A DNA stretch of 64,000 bases from NCBI GenBank assembly GCA_963719945.1, contig CAVRDX010000003.1, forward strand, positions 160,001-224,000. Reading direction: 5' to 3'. Below are positions 29,138 to 39,337 of the stretch, one piece after another. Numbering within the stretch: position 1 is the first letter of the stretch; each line of letters starts with the position of its first letter. This DNA comes from an uncultured Thermoplasmata archaeon. GTDB taxonomy: Archaea > Thermoplasmatota > Thermoplasmata > UBA10834. The position numbers were made by a program, and so were the translations under genes. Below the pieces are notes generated by a model. That model saw only the letters and a program-made list of their open reading frames with translations, was not told the DNA's origin and did not search any database.

Positions 29138-31468
29138 TCAGTCCAACTCCTCGCCGACCCTCTTTCGGAGACTATTATGGATGCCTTCTGCAATAATCTT
29201 TGCTATCCCATCGACCCTCATAAGTTCCTCGACGCTGGCCCTCGATATCTCATCAAGTGAGTCGAATCGTTTCATCAACCTCGTCGAGAGCGTCGCCGAC
29301 ACGTTCGGGAGACCCTGGACGAGGAACATGTGCCCTACCGACGAATCGAACGAGGTCTGCCTGGGCTTGGATGTGTGGGCATGGTCGGGTTTCTCCTGGC
29401 CATATAGGGTCTTGATCGCGGATGCGGTCTCATGTGCGTTCGCAGTCGATAGCACCGTCAATCCGTTCCTTGAGATTAGTTCATTGAGGGAATCATAGAC
29501 TGCAGAATTGAGTCTCCTGTCGCCTTCTCCTTCCTGCTCCCCCTGGACTATCAGGATTGGATGCTGCGACGATACCCTCAACCTGTCTATATCTGAGATG
29601 ATCGTACCGTTATTCAGGCCGATTATGAAATCCTGAACCGTTCTGAATATCAGGCTGACCCTTCCTGATATGACAATATCGGCACCACTGGCGGCATTTT
29701 GGCTGATATTGAATCCTGCTTCCTCTAGCGCTTCGGCGACCGCGGAACCTCTGATCCTTGTCGACACTGCGATATCGGGTCGTGCCATTCGAGTGCCCTC
29801 ATACTGTACGAGTGACGACTGCCCCTTCTGGTCCGCCACCTTCCTCGCTAGTTCTTCCCGTCCGGATGGAAGGTCAGGTGTCATCATCTTCTCCAGGATC
29901 TCTCTTGGGAGTCCTGACCTGGTGTTAGGGGTATCTGGAAGTCCCCTCCTCTGCCGGAGCTTTCTCCTGAGCGAATCCAGCTCCTTCCGCATCTGCATCT
30001 CCTTTCTCCGGCTGGACCAGAGATATGCCTCATCTTTGGTGTCCCTGGTGACGAATATGACGACTCTCCCAGCCTGCTTCCTCCCAGTTCTGCCCCTTCG
30101 TTGGATCGTGCGTATCTCCGATGGGACGGGCTCATAGAATACCACCAGATCCGTGGCTGGTATGTCCAACCCTTCCTCTGCGATAGATGTCGCCACCAAG
30201 ACGTTGTGCACACCTGCACGGAATCTGTCGATTATCTCCTTCTGCTCCTTCTGGTTGAGTCCGTAATCCTCTCCTTTGCTAGCCTGACCGACGAATCTGA
30301 CTGGTCGCAATCCCTCCACGTCCGTGAGCTTCTGCGTGAGGAGTTCACATGTGTCCCTGTAATGCGTGAAGACAATTGCCTTCGAGTCCGGCTTGCTCAA
30401 GAACTGCGATTTCAGGATTGGGACGATCTTCTCCAGCTTTGGATGATCAGTCTGCATGCTGTGCAGGTGGGTTCTGGCCTGCTGGAATCTCGCATCCTTG
30501 ATCAGATCCCTTGATGCCTTGGGCCCTCCCTTCTCCTCCCCCTGCTTCACTAGCTTTGAAAAATAGCTCTCCAGCGCCCCCTTTCCCTGCGTCTGGGCAA
30601 GTTCGATGCCATGGTTCATCTTCATCGCCAGCGACTGGGCACTGGCATCCTGGAACAGATGGTAATTCTTGGTTCCGCCACTCAGCTTGGCGCGGATCAC
30701 CTTTCCAGCTTCAAGGAGGTCCCTGGTGGTAGGTGGCTTCTTCGGGTCGAGGTAGCCATGAGCTGCTAGCTTCGCAACCTGCTCGTCCATTATCCTCTGG
30801 AGTAGGTAGATGACCCGGCCTATGTCCTCTGGCATCCCGACGCTGATGAATTCGGTCTTGACGTCCTGTGTATAGCTGACTACATCCTCATCGAGTTCTG
30901 AACGGATTTCCACATTGGTCATTGCCAGGTTCTCACAGACCTCGGCGATCTTGGACACGTCTGAACCCGGAGACGCAGTCAATCCCAGGGCAAGCCCAGT
31001 TGTTTCTGCGAACCTCTTTCCTATGGACACATATGCGTAATCCCCAGCAGCCCTGTGTGCCTCATCGAAGACGATGAGCGAAACATCACGCAGCGAGATC
31101 CTTTCCTCGTTGAGATCGTTCTCGATCACCTGTGGTGTTGAGACTATTAGTCTGCTATCTCGCCAGAGATCCTCTCGATGAGCTGGAGGCACCTCCCCGG
31201 TGAAAACAGTGGGTTCGATGTCGAGGAGATAGTCGCTCAGAAATTTCGAATGCTGCTCGACAAGTGGTTTCGTCGGAGCCATGAACAGGACCTTCCCCTC
31301 GCCTTCTAGCAGTTTCTCCGCTACTAGAATGAGGGCTACGACAGTCTTTCCGAGCCCGGTCGGAAGGACGACCAGGGTGGGCTCAGAGAGAGCCGTCTTT
31401 GCGATATTAACCTGGTACTCCCTAAGCTCCACGCTGGATGGTTTTATAAGCCGGTGCTCTAGGAACAC
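29138..31468 (-). CDS. hef: Hef / FANCM-like SF2 helicase with ERCC4-like and HhH domains
   Basis: LPTGLGKT, DEAH, TASP, QRRGRTGR; C-terminal ERCC4-like fold and (HhH)2. Confidence 0.92.
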   Translation of the reverse strand: MFLEHRLIKPSSVELREYQVNIAKTALSEPTLVVLPTGLGKTVVALILVAEKLLEGEGKVLFMAPTKPLVEQHSKFLSDYLLDIEPTVFTGEVPPAHREDLWRDSRLIVSTPQVIENDLNEERISLRDVSLIVFDEAHRAAGDYAYVSIGKRFAETTGLALGLTASPGSDVSKIAEVCENLAMTNVEIRSELDEDVVSYTQDVKTEFISVGMPEDIGRVIYLLQRIMDEQVAKLAAHGYLDPKKPPTTRDLLEAGKVIRAKLSGGTKNYHLFQDASAQSLAMKMNHGIELAQTQGKGALESYFSKLVKQGEEKGGPKASRDLIKDARFQQARTHLHSMQTDHPKLEKIVPILKSQFLSKPDSKAIVFTHYRDTCELLTQKLTDVEGLRPVRFVGQASKGEDYGLNQKEQKEIIDRFRAGVHNVLVATSIAEEGLDIPATDLVVFYEPVPSEIRTIQRRGRTGRKQAGRVVIFVTRDTKDEAYLWSSRRKEMQMRKELDSLRRKLRQRRGLPDTPNTRSGLPREILEKMMTPDLPSGREELARKVADQKGQSSLVQYEGTRMARPDIAVSTRIRGSAVAEALEEAGFNISQNAASGADIVISGRVSLIFRTVQDFIIGLNNGTIISDIDRLRVSSQHPILIVQGEQEGEGDRRLNSAVYDSLNELISRNGLTVLSTANAHETASAIKTLYGQEKPDHAHTSKPRQTSFDSSVGHMFLVQGLPNVSATLSTRLMKRFDSLDEISRASVEELMRVDGIAKIIAEGIHNSLRKRVGEELD

Positions 31469-31523
31469 AAGCTCTTGACAACGCGCCTGGGTCTATGAAT
31501 GTTTTCTTATAGGCACCACGAAA

Positions 31524-31850
31524 CTAGTGACATCCTGCGCATCCGCCGCTGCAGGAGTCACCGGTGGACTTCACCCGTATGACGACTCCAGGGCCCTGTG
31601 GGGTATCGACGGAATCAATGATGGCGTCCTTGAGGCTCTCCTCAAGAGTCTTCTCGTGTATCAGCGTGAACCCATCTACCTTGATCTCGACATCGTTTTC
31701 CGTGAGTTTGTCGAACCCCATCATATATGCCGGACCAGAGCATGATTGCCCAGCAAAGAAAATCCTGATGGGCTCGTTCTTCTTCTCATCAGCTAGGATT
31801 GCCTTAATCGTCTCGATTGCCTTCGGTGTGACGGTGACCATTTGGTTCAC
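31524..31850 (-). CDS. HesB/IscA-like Fe-S cluster biogenesis protein
   Basis: VTPKAIE, SCSGP, C-terminal CSGGCAGCH. Confidence 0.75.
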   Translation of the reverse strand: MNQMVTVTPKAIETIKAILADEKKNEPIRIFFAGQSCSGPAYMMGFDKLTENDVEIKVDGFTLIHEKTLEESLKDAIIDSVDTPQGPGVVIRVKSTGDSCSGGCAGCH

Positions 31851-31923
31851 TTCATGAGAAGTGAGGTATGGACCATATTTAATGGTTTGCGCCTGAATTA
31901 TCGCCCACGCGAGGTCGAAATGG

Positions 31924-33183
31924 TCACTCTGGTTTCACACGGTCGAATCCTTCGACCCCTATCGGCTTGGTCGCGTCGATCCCTATCTTCGTCGTGGTCT
32001 CATCCGCACTCGGATCAAGGCTACTGCCTCTCGCATTCTCTATCATGACCAGGCCTTTATGCCCCTGGAACCTCGTCGACACCGCCCATTCGACCTCTTG
32101 GTCGTTGTAGATGTCTATGTCGTCATCGACTATCGTGACCATCTTCATCGATGGATGGGCACCCAGGGCCGCCATTATGGCGTTGACCGAATCGCCTTCC
32201 TTCTGCTTGGTGATGGAGACGATTCCATGCAGCCAACAGCACCCGCCCTCTGTGAGACGTACCCCATGCACCTCTGGTACGGCGACATTGACCGCCCTCT
32301 TGATCACAGGTTCTCTCGGCATACCCATCATGAGGTAGTGCTCCTCCCAGCCAGGAAGGATCATCTGGAAGATGGGGTCATCCTTGTGATATATCCTGTC
32401 GATTTCCATGACTGGCTGTTTCCTCACGGGATCGACGGTGCCCGTGATATCGACAAAGGGCCCTTCATCATCTGTCTTGTCGGTCAATCTCCCCTCAAAC
32501 ACGTATTCGGCGAATGCGGGGACCAATAATCCGTTCCTGATCTTCTTGACATATACAGGCTCGTTCATGCACAGCTGTCTGAGTGAATTGGCAACATCCA
32601 GCTCGTTCTTCCCAAGCTCCAGATTCATGGCGGCCGACAGCATCACGGCCGGGCATAGACCGATTGCGACCGCTACCTTGAGCTCCTCGCCCTTCGCCTT
32701 CGCCCGCTTGTGGAGTGCGTGTAGGTGCCTGGGGACAACCCGTATCGCGAATCTGCGGTCATCGAGGAGCATCAACCTGTGGAACGACATGTTCTTGATT
32801 CCATCATACTCTGCGATGACTACTCCCGCGGTCACGTATCTTCCGCCATCAGTCTTGTAGAATTTTGGGATCGCAGATGCTCGAAGATCGAATTCATCGA
32901 GCACGTTTCTATCGAAAGGTGCATTCTCTATCTCTTGTGGAGGTGACGGTGAATCCATGGCTTTCAACATCTTTCCAGGAAGTTCGGAAGGAGTTGTTCC
33001 CATGGCCGCGGCTATCCTCTCCCTTGTGGACCATAGGTTGCCCACGGCCGTATAGCCTTCGAGGTCTTCGAATAGGATCGGCTTTGTGCTAGCCTTCAGC
33101 AGGTACTTCGTTACCTCAAGCTCTTTCGAGACCCTTCCCTTGATAACGACCGTCTCTTCCATTTTGTCCAGCATCGCCCTCAT
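31924..33183 (-). CDS. UbiD-family prFMN decarboxylase (possible anhydromevalonate phosphate decarboxylase)
   Basis: DGGRY, SFHR, EGPFVDITG, GGCCWLH, HPSMK, VDDDID, GSSLDPS, GIDAT. Confidence 0.88.
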   Translation of the reverse strand: MRAMLDKMEETVVIKGRVSKELEVTKYLLKASTKPILFEDLEGYTAVGNLWSTRERIAAAMGTTPSELPGKMLKAMDSPSPPQEIENAPFDRNVLDEFDLRASAIPKFYKTDGGRYVTAGVVIAEYDGIKNMSFHRLMLLDDRRFAIRVVPRHLHALHKRAKAKGEELKVAVAIGLCPAVMLSAAMNLELGKNELDVANSLRQLCMNEPVYVKKIRNGLLVPAFAEYVFEGRLTDKTDDEGPFVDITGTVDPVRKQPVMEIDRIYHKDDPIFQMILPGWEEHYLMMGMPREPVIKRAVNVAVPEVHGVRLTEGGCCWLHGIVSITKQKEGDSVNAIMAALGAHPSMKMVTIVDDDIDIYNDQEVEWAVSTRFQGHKGLVMIENARGSSLDPSADETTTKIGIDATKPIGVEGFDRVKPE

Positions 33184-33332
33184 GGACAGATGATCACCGA
33201 TCGATGGATGATTTAATTCGTATTTCTATCCTTTCGTCAGGGTCACATGGATAAGACCGTGCCTGGCTGCCTCGACTGGTCTCCACAACCAACTGGTCAA
33301 ACTTCTTATAGGTACCAGTCAATCGAGGCGAC

Positions 33333-35003
33333 GTGGACATAGAACCAATCGTACGGAAGTACGCCCTCCAGAACGCCGTGTTCTACGGTGGCAGAGCCAC
33401 GATGGGTGCTGTTCTTGGCAAGGTCATGGCAGAGAACCCAGAACTCAGGTCGAAGGCGAAGGAAGTGTCTTCGCTGGCAAAGGGTGTGGTGGACGAAGTC
33501 AACGGGCTGTCTCCAGAAGCTCAGAAGAAGGCTTTGGAAGAGATCGCTCCAGAACTGCTGGTCCGGGAGTCGAAGCACAGGGACAACACTCTACCCGACC
33601 TCAAGGGCGTCGTGGGGGAGGTCCGTATGCGCATGGCCCCCAACCCGTCCGGTCCTCTCCATATCGGCCACAGTCGCATGGCCGTCCTCAACGATGAGTA
33701 CGTGAAACGCTACGGCGGAATATGCTATAACAGGTTCGAGGACACCGACCCCGCAAGGATCGATCCTTCTGGCTATGATACGATTCCGGCGGATTTCGAA
33801 TGGCTCGGCGTAAAAATTCACAAGACTGTGATACAGAGTGACCGGTTCGAGATCTATTATGATCTTGCCAAGAAGCTCCTCGAGATGGGGAAGGCATATG
33901 TCTGCACATGCAAGATCGATGATTGGCGTGAGCTGAAGAATCACAAGAAGGCATGTGAGCACAGGGAGCAACCGCTCGACGAACAGATGGTCCGCTGGGA
34001 CAAGATGTTCGACGGGTCCTACAAGCCCGAAGAAGCATCGCTTGTGATCAAGACAGACCTTCAGCATCCGAATCCTGCCATACGCGACTTTGTCGCGCTC
34101 AGAATAGACGACACTCCTCATCCGAGGACAGGTACGAAGTACAGAGTCTATCCTCTCATGAACTTGTCAGTAGCCATTGACGACCATCTGTTGGACCTGA
34201 CACATGTCCTGCGGGGCAAGGACCATCTGAACAACACCTACAGACAGGAGTATATCTACGATTATCTCGGGTGGAAGAAACCAGAATACATCCATTACGG
34301 ACGCGTATCGATCGAGGACGCCCAGCTATCGACATCAAAGATGGCCAAAGGTATCAAGGATGGTCTCTACACATCGTGGGACGACCCCCAGCTGGGCACG
34401 CTCGCGTCTATGAGGCGCCGAGGGATCAGACCCGAGGCCATAAGACGCTATTGGGTCGAAACTGGCATCAAAGAAGTCGATATCGAATTCTCCTGGAAGA
34501 CGCTATTCACATTCAACAGGGAACTCATAGATGATGGGGCGAACAGATACTTCTTCGTGAACGATCCTGTGAGATTCACATTCTCTGGGACCGAATCCGA
34601 ACTGGTCGCAAAGGCTCCGCTTCATCCTGAACATCCCGAGCGGGGGACAAGAGACCTTAGGGTCGCGCCCGGCTCATCCATCTACATCTGTCGGGATGAT
34701 CTGAAGAACTCTCCCGCGAGACTCCGTCTGAAGGATCTGTGTAATGTCGAACTGAAAGAAGATAGGATGGTCTATGCTGGGAACGACCTTTCTGTTCTCA
34801 AGGAAGGGGTCCAGATTGTTCATTGGGTTCCGGAAGACGCTGTCACTGCAGAGGTGCTGATGACCGACGGCAGCATGAGGAACGGACTCGCAGAACCGCT
34901 TCTCTCCAAGGTTCAAGGGCAGGTTGTTCAGCTCGAGAGATTCGCCTTTGTCCGAGTGGAATCGGTATCTCCTGCCATCAGATGCGTATTCACTCACAAG
35001 TGA
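33333..35003 (+). CDS. gltX: Glutamate--tRNA ligase (archaeal)
   Basis: APNPSGPLHIGH, RFEDTDP, THVLRGKDH, LSTS, QLERFAF. Confidence 0.97.
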   Translation: MDIEPIVRKYALQNAVFYGGRATMGAVLGKVMAENPELRSKAKEVSSLAKGVVDEVNGLSPEAQKKALEEIAPELLVRESKHRDNTLPDLKGVVGEVRMRMAPNPSGPLHIGHSRMAVLNDEYVKRYGGICYNRFEDTDPARIDPSGYDTIPADFEWLGVKIHKTVIQSDRFEIYYDLAKKLLEMGKAYVCTCKIDDWRELKNHKKACEHREQPLDEQMVRWDKMFDGSYKPEEASLVIKTDLQHPNPAIRDFVALRIDDTPHPRTGTKYRVYPLMNLSVAIDDHLLDLTHVLRGKDHLNNTYRQEYIYDYLGWKKPEYIHYGRVSIEDAQLSTSKMAKGIKDGLYTSWDDPQLGTLASMRRRGIRPEAIRRYWVETGIKEVDIEFSWKTLFTFNRELIDDGANRYFFVNDPVRFTFSGTESELVAKAPLHPEHPERGTRDLRVAPGSSIYICRDDLKNSPARLRLKDLCNVELKEDRMVYAGNDLSVLKEGVQIVHWVPEDAVTAEVLMTDGSMRNGLAEPLLSKVQGQVVQLERFAFVRVESVSPAIRCVFTHK

Positions 35004-35007
35004 CGCG

Positions 35008-36048
35008 TCATACATCCCAGAATGGGACTATGTCGCATGATAGGCATGCGTGGCACATCGTTTTGAACCTAAGCGGAGATAATCCATAGCTTGAGAATAT
35101 CTTCTTCTGTTCATCCGCCAGCATCAGCATGCGCTCAGCGGTGACAGGCTCCAACGGACCGAGAGCCTCATCCAATTTCGCCGTGTTGAGCTCATCTTTT
35201 CTAAGAGCTCTCAATGTCGCGACTGCTCCCATGTTCGCCAGAACCTTTGTCCCTTCCAGAACGTTCTCATCGGTCTCTCCAAGGCCGAATATGATGTTCG
35301 AACAGACCCTGTTCTCGTCGAACACCTCTCCCGAGTGGTTTATCGCATGGAGTATCTGATCGAAATCCATATCGTCGCAGATCTTCTCGAATATGTCTCT
35401 ATCGAAGGTCTCGATGTTTATTTTGATCTCATCCGCACCAGCTTCCAACAGGATCTCGACCTCGTCCGGTCTGGTGGCGTAAGGTTCGACACCGACCGGT
35501 GTGTCTGGCAGGAGTTGTTTCACTCTCTTCACGAGCCCAGCCATCCTTTTGATTGTCATCATAGGTGATTCTGCGACGCCGCTTGTGAATGCGATGGCCT
35601 GGAAACCATCTTCTTTCGATGCATCGAGGATCATCTCGACGATCTTGTCATCGCTGAGGTTCTTCGTGGCATCGTTGGCCAACCTGGGTGAGTTGCAGAA
35701 CTTGCAGTCGTAGATGCACCTGCTGTCGATGTTGATGAATGCCTGGAACGGTGCGTGCATGAGAGTGGGGACGAGATCGACATTCTCGATGAACAGCTGC
35801 CCTCCCCTCATAAGCGAATACGATCCTCCGTCGACCGAGAGTTCGAACCCTCCACCTTCGCGTGAAATCGCCTTCTTCGCCCTGGTGCCGCCGAATGAAA
35901 ACACAATCGATCTATGACCTGCCCCTGGGCCAGCAGTGGACCTGCTTGCAGGAAACGGCAGCCTGAGATCCTTTGGTATCAGAATCGCTCCGCCGGCCAG
36001 CAACTCAGCTTTTTTCTTCGCGGTCGCACGGCTCACTTTCGCTTCCAT
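35008..36048 (-). CDS. Radical SAM protein, biotin-synthase-like, with extra C-terminal Cys cluster
   Basis: CIYDCKFC radical SAM motif, STAGPGAG, IFGLGE, C-terminal CHACLSC. Confidence 0.85.
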   Translation of the reverse strand: MEAKVSRATAKKKAELLAGGAILIPKDLRLPFPASRSTAGPGAGHRSIVFSFGGTRAKKAISREGGGFELSVDGGSYSLMRGGQLFIENVDLVPTLMHAPFQAFINIDSRCIYDCKFCNSPRLANDATKNLSDDKIVEMILDASKEDGFQAIAFTSGVAESPMMTIKRMAGLVKRVKQLLPDTPVGVEPYATRPDEVEILLEAGADEIKINIETFDRDIFEKICDDMDFDQILHAINHSGEVFDENRVCSNIIFGLGETDENVLEGTKVLANMGAVATLRALRKDELNTAKLDEALGPLEPVTAERMLMLADEQKKIFSSYGLSPLRFKTMCHACLSCDIVPFWDV

Positions 36049-37490
36049 GCGGCACCCTCTTTCGAGTCCTGGATTTCGATGCCGAACTCCGCGAGCCTGT
36101 TCCTTATCTTATCTGCGAGGCCGAAATCCTTGTTCTTCCTGGCAGCATTCCTCATCTGTACGAGATCTTGCACAAGTCCATCACTGGCAAGATCCTCGTC
36201 GGTGACGTCATCGATCGACTTGATATTGTATTGAATTTCAAGTGAACTTGTGATGACTTTCGTTCTTGGCTCTGTGAGCACATCGAAAAGGTCGTTGAAC
36301 TTTTCCAGAACAGCAACGATGCTCATGGCACCCTCTTTGCTCATCTTTCCATCTGAGAGCAATCGGTTGGCCTCTCTCGTGAGGTCATACATGACAGCGA
36401 TCGCCTCTCGGCTTGAGAAATCGTCGTCCATACGTGATTCGAAATCTGCCAGGGCTTTCTCGGTCAAGGCTTTAGCATCATCTGTTCCTGGCGCGATCAT
36501 GACAGCGTTCTTCATTGAGTCGTAGCCGTTCTGCAACTTCTCGAGAGCCTGCTTCGTCTCATCCAACGATTTCTCATCATAGTCGAGTGGTGCTCTGTAG
36601 CTAGCGTTCAGGATGAAGAACCTCAGCACCTCTGGCGCATACTTCTTTAGTATGTCCTCGATGGAGAAGAAGTTCTTGAGCGATTTCGACATCTTCTCAC
36701 TGTCGATTGTGAGCATCCCGTTATGCATCCAATATCGGACATAAGGAGCTTCATTATATGCCTCGGACTGGAGTATCTCGTTCTCGTGATGAGGGAACAC
36801 AAGATCGGTGCCTCCGCCATGTATGTCGATTGTCTTTCCGATGTGCTTCAGGCACATGGCAGAGCATTCTATGTGCCAACCTGGCCGGCCCTTTCCCCAT
36901 GGACTCTCCCAGAATACCTCTCCGGGTTTCGCTGCTTTCCAGAGTGCGAAATCCATCGGATCCCGCTTGTCCTCGCCAGGCTCGATCCTGGCTCCCGCGA
37001 CCATCTGGTCGAGGCTCTGACCCGAGAGCTTGCCGTATTCCTTGGCTTTGCTGACCGAGAAATACACTGACCCGTTGGATTCGTACGCATACCCTTTCTC
37101 GATCAGTCCGGATACCATCGAGATCATGTCGGGGATGGTCTCGCTCGCCTTTGGATACACATCCGCCCTCTTGACCTTCAGGGAATCCATGTCCTTGTGA
37201 TACTTCTCTATCATCTTCCGCGACAATTCCAAGGGTTCTATCCCCATCTCATTCGCCCTTGCGATGATCTTGTCATCGACGTCGGTGAAGTTGGTTATGT
37301 GGGTGACATCGTACCCTTTGTACCTGAGGTATCTCACGATGAGGTCGAAGTTTATTGCTGATTTAGCATGTCCCAGATGAGAATGGTCATAGACGGTCAC
37401 CCCGCAGACGTAGATTCCGACCTTGCTCTCAATAAGTGGTTCGAAGGGCTGTTTATTGTGGGTGAGGGTGTTGTAAATGACAGGGGCCAT
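36033..37490 (-). CDS. cysS: Cysteine--tRNA ligase
   Basis: YVCGVTVYD.SHLGH, GRPGWHIECS, HGGG.DLVFPHHENE, KMSKS. Confidence 0.98.
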   Translation of the reverse strand: MAPVIYNTLTHNKQPFEPLIESKVGIYVCGVTVYDHSHLGHAKSAINFDLIVRYLRYKGYDVTHITNFTDVDDKIIARANEMGIEPLELSRKMIEKYHKDMDSLKVKRADVYPKASETIPDMISMVSGLIEKGYAYESNGSVYFSVSKAKEYGKLSGQSLDQMVAGARIEPGEDKRDPMDFALWKAAKPGEVFWESPWGKGRPGWHIECSAMCLKHIGKTIDIHGGGTDLVFPHHENEILQSEAYNEAPYVRYWMHNGMLTIDSEKMSKSLKNFFSIEDILKKYAPEVLRFFILNASYRAPLDYDEKSLDETKQALEKLQNGYDSMKNAVMIAPGTDDAKALTEKALADFESRMDDDFSSREAIAVMYDLTREANRLLSDGKMSKEGAMSIVAVLEKFNDLFDVLTEPRTKVITSSLEIQYNIKSIDDVTDEDLASDGLVQDLVQMRNAARKNKDFGLADKIRNRLAEFGIEIQDSKEGAAWKRK

Positions 37491-37523
37491 CGGATATCAC
37501 CGTTGAGATTATCCCTGGTATTA

Positions 37524-38246
37524 TTAATCCTTCTGCTCGACTGGACAACTCAATTCTTCAGACCTGGCCCCGGTCTTCGCGGAGGCGACATTCTTTGCGG
37601 TTTCTATGCCGAGCTTCTTCTCGATCATCTCTAACCTATACTCCATCTCGGAGAGGCTGTGGCACATGTCCACGAACGCGTTCACAACTGGGTCGGGAAG
37701 CTCGTCGTGGTGAAGGTCTATGCTGGTCGTACCCTCGCGTTTGACGATCTTAGCGGGAATTCCTACGACAGTACAGTTCGGAGGGACTGATTTGACCACA
37801 ACTGATCCCGCACCGACACGGACATTGTCTCCGATGGTCACTGGTCCAAGTATTGTGGCGCCAGCGCCTATCGACACGTTGTTTCCGATCGTCGGATGCC
37901 TCTTCTTCTTGTCTGCTCGGACTCCTCCGAGGGTCACGCCTTGGTATATGGATACATTGTTGCCTATCTCGGATGTCTCTCCTATGACCACCCCTGTCGC
38001 ATGGTCGATGAAGAACCCCTCACCGATTGTCGCTCCTGGGTGTATGTCCGAGCCTGTGAGCACGCGCGCGAGATAATTGAACGCCCTCGCGGTCATGTAG
38101 TGCTTTCTATGATAGAGTCTGTTTGATAATCTATAGAACCTGATCGCGTGGAGCCCTGCACTGAACAGGAGGGCTTCAGACCTGCTCTTCGGAGCCGGGT
38201 CTCTCTCCATCACTATGTCCAGATCGCTCTTCGCGCCTTTCGCCAT
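37524..38246 (-). CDS. cysE: Serine O-acetyltransferase
   Basis: [33 protein letters not shown] hexapeptide repeats. Confidence 0.96.
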   Translation of the reverse strand: MAKGAKSDLDIVMERDPAPKSRSEALLFSAGLHAIRFYRLSNRLYHRKHYMTARAFNYLARVLTGSDIHPGATIGEGFFIDHATGVVIGETSEIGNNVSIYQGVTLGGVRADKKKRHPTIGNNVSIGAGATILGPVTIGDNVRVGAGSVVVKSVPPNCTVVGIPAKIVKREGTTSIDLHHDELPDPVVNAFVDMCHSLSEMEYRLEMIEKKLGIETAKNVASAKTGARSEELSCPVEQKD

Positions 38247-38250
38247 ACGA

Positions 38251-39177
38251 TTAGTCTCCAAATAGGTCAGTGCTCAAATACCTTTCTCCAGTGTCCGGCA
38301 GAAGGACGACTATCGTCTTGCCCTTCCCCATCTCCTCAGCTATTTGGATTGCAGCATAGGTGGCTGCGCCCGATGATATCCCTGCCAGGATGCCTTCCTT
38401 CTTGGCGAGGTCTCTGCAGGTATCCTTGGCCTTTTCCGTAGGTACTCGTATTATGTCATGGACGATTCTCTCGTCGAATATCTTTGGGACGAATCCTGCG
38501 CCGATGCCCTGTATTCCGTGCGGGCCTGCTGGTCCGCCTGAGAGAACAGGTGATTCCTCAGGCTCTACCGCTACGATCCTGATGCCAGGGAACTTCTTCC
38601 TCAACACACCCCCTACTCCGGTTATCGTGCCTCCAGTCCCGACGCCAGCTACGAATGCGTCGATGTTCGGGACCGCCTTGATGATTTCCTTCGCCGTCGT
38701 CTTTCGGTGGGTCTTCGGATTCGCTTTGTTCTCGAACTGCTGTGGAATGAACGAATCTGGAGTGGTTAGTGAGACCTCCGTGGCTTTTCTCACCGCGCCA
38801 ATCATGCCCTCAGAACCTGGAGTGAGGACTATCTCAGCTCCAAGGGCTGAGAGCAGCTTCCTCCTCTCTATGCTCATGGTCTCGGGCATAGTCAGAATGA
38901 GCCTGTATCCTCTGACTGCGCACACCATTGCGAGGCCGATGCCTGTGTTGCCCGAAGTAGGTTCGATGATCGTCGTTCCGTTTTTCACCTTGCCCTTCTT
39001 CTCGGCTTCCTCGATCATGCCTTTGGCTATTCTGTCCTTTACCGAGGACATGGGGTTGAACGATTCGAGCTTCGCATATACTTCCGCGGCTTCTGTCGAG
39101 ACCATCCTATTGAGCCTGACGATAGGTGTGTTGCCCACGGTGTCAAGGATGTCATGAAACGGTCTAGCTCGGGACAT
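38251..39177 (-). CDS. cysK: Cysteine synthase A
   Basis: NPMSSVKDR (PLP Lys), [32 protein letters not shown]. Confidence 0.97.
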   Translation of the reverse strand: MSRARPFHDILDTVGNTPIVRLNRMVSTEAAEVYAKLESFNPMSSVKDRIAKGMIEEAEKKGKVKNGTTIIEPTSGNTGIGLAMVCAVRGYRLILTMPETMSIERRKLLSALGAEIVLTPGSEGMIGAVRKATEVSLTTPDSFIPQQFENKANPKTHRKTTAKEIIKAVPNIDAFVAGVGTGGTITGVGGVLRKKFPGIRIVAVEPEESPVLSGGPAGPHGIQGIGAGFVPKIFDERIVHDIIRVPTEKAKDTCRDLAKKEGILAGISSGAATYAAIQIAEEMGKGKTIVVLLPDTGERYLSTDLFGD

Positions 39178-39337
39178 GTGCGTCAGTGACAGGCATTGAG
39201 ACGCCTCGTATATCATCGTTGCTGGTGAAGCAATGCGGAAACCCCGTTTTCGAGCAGGATCTTCCCATGGTTATCCGCCTTTATTTCACACTGTAATGAA
39301 TAATGGATTCTTGATAGTACAATTGTGAGGTCTGCGT

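Noticed and set aside
31524-31850. Selenocysteine or pyrrolysine recoding (HesB-like proteins can be selenoproteins)
   Set aside because: The position is an ordinary Cys codon, and no gene in the window appears interrupted by an in-frame TGA/TAG.
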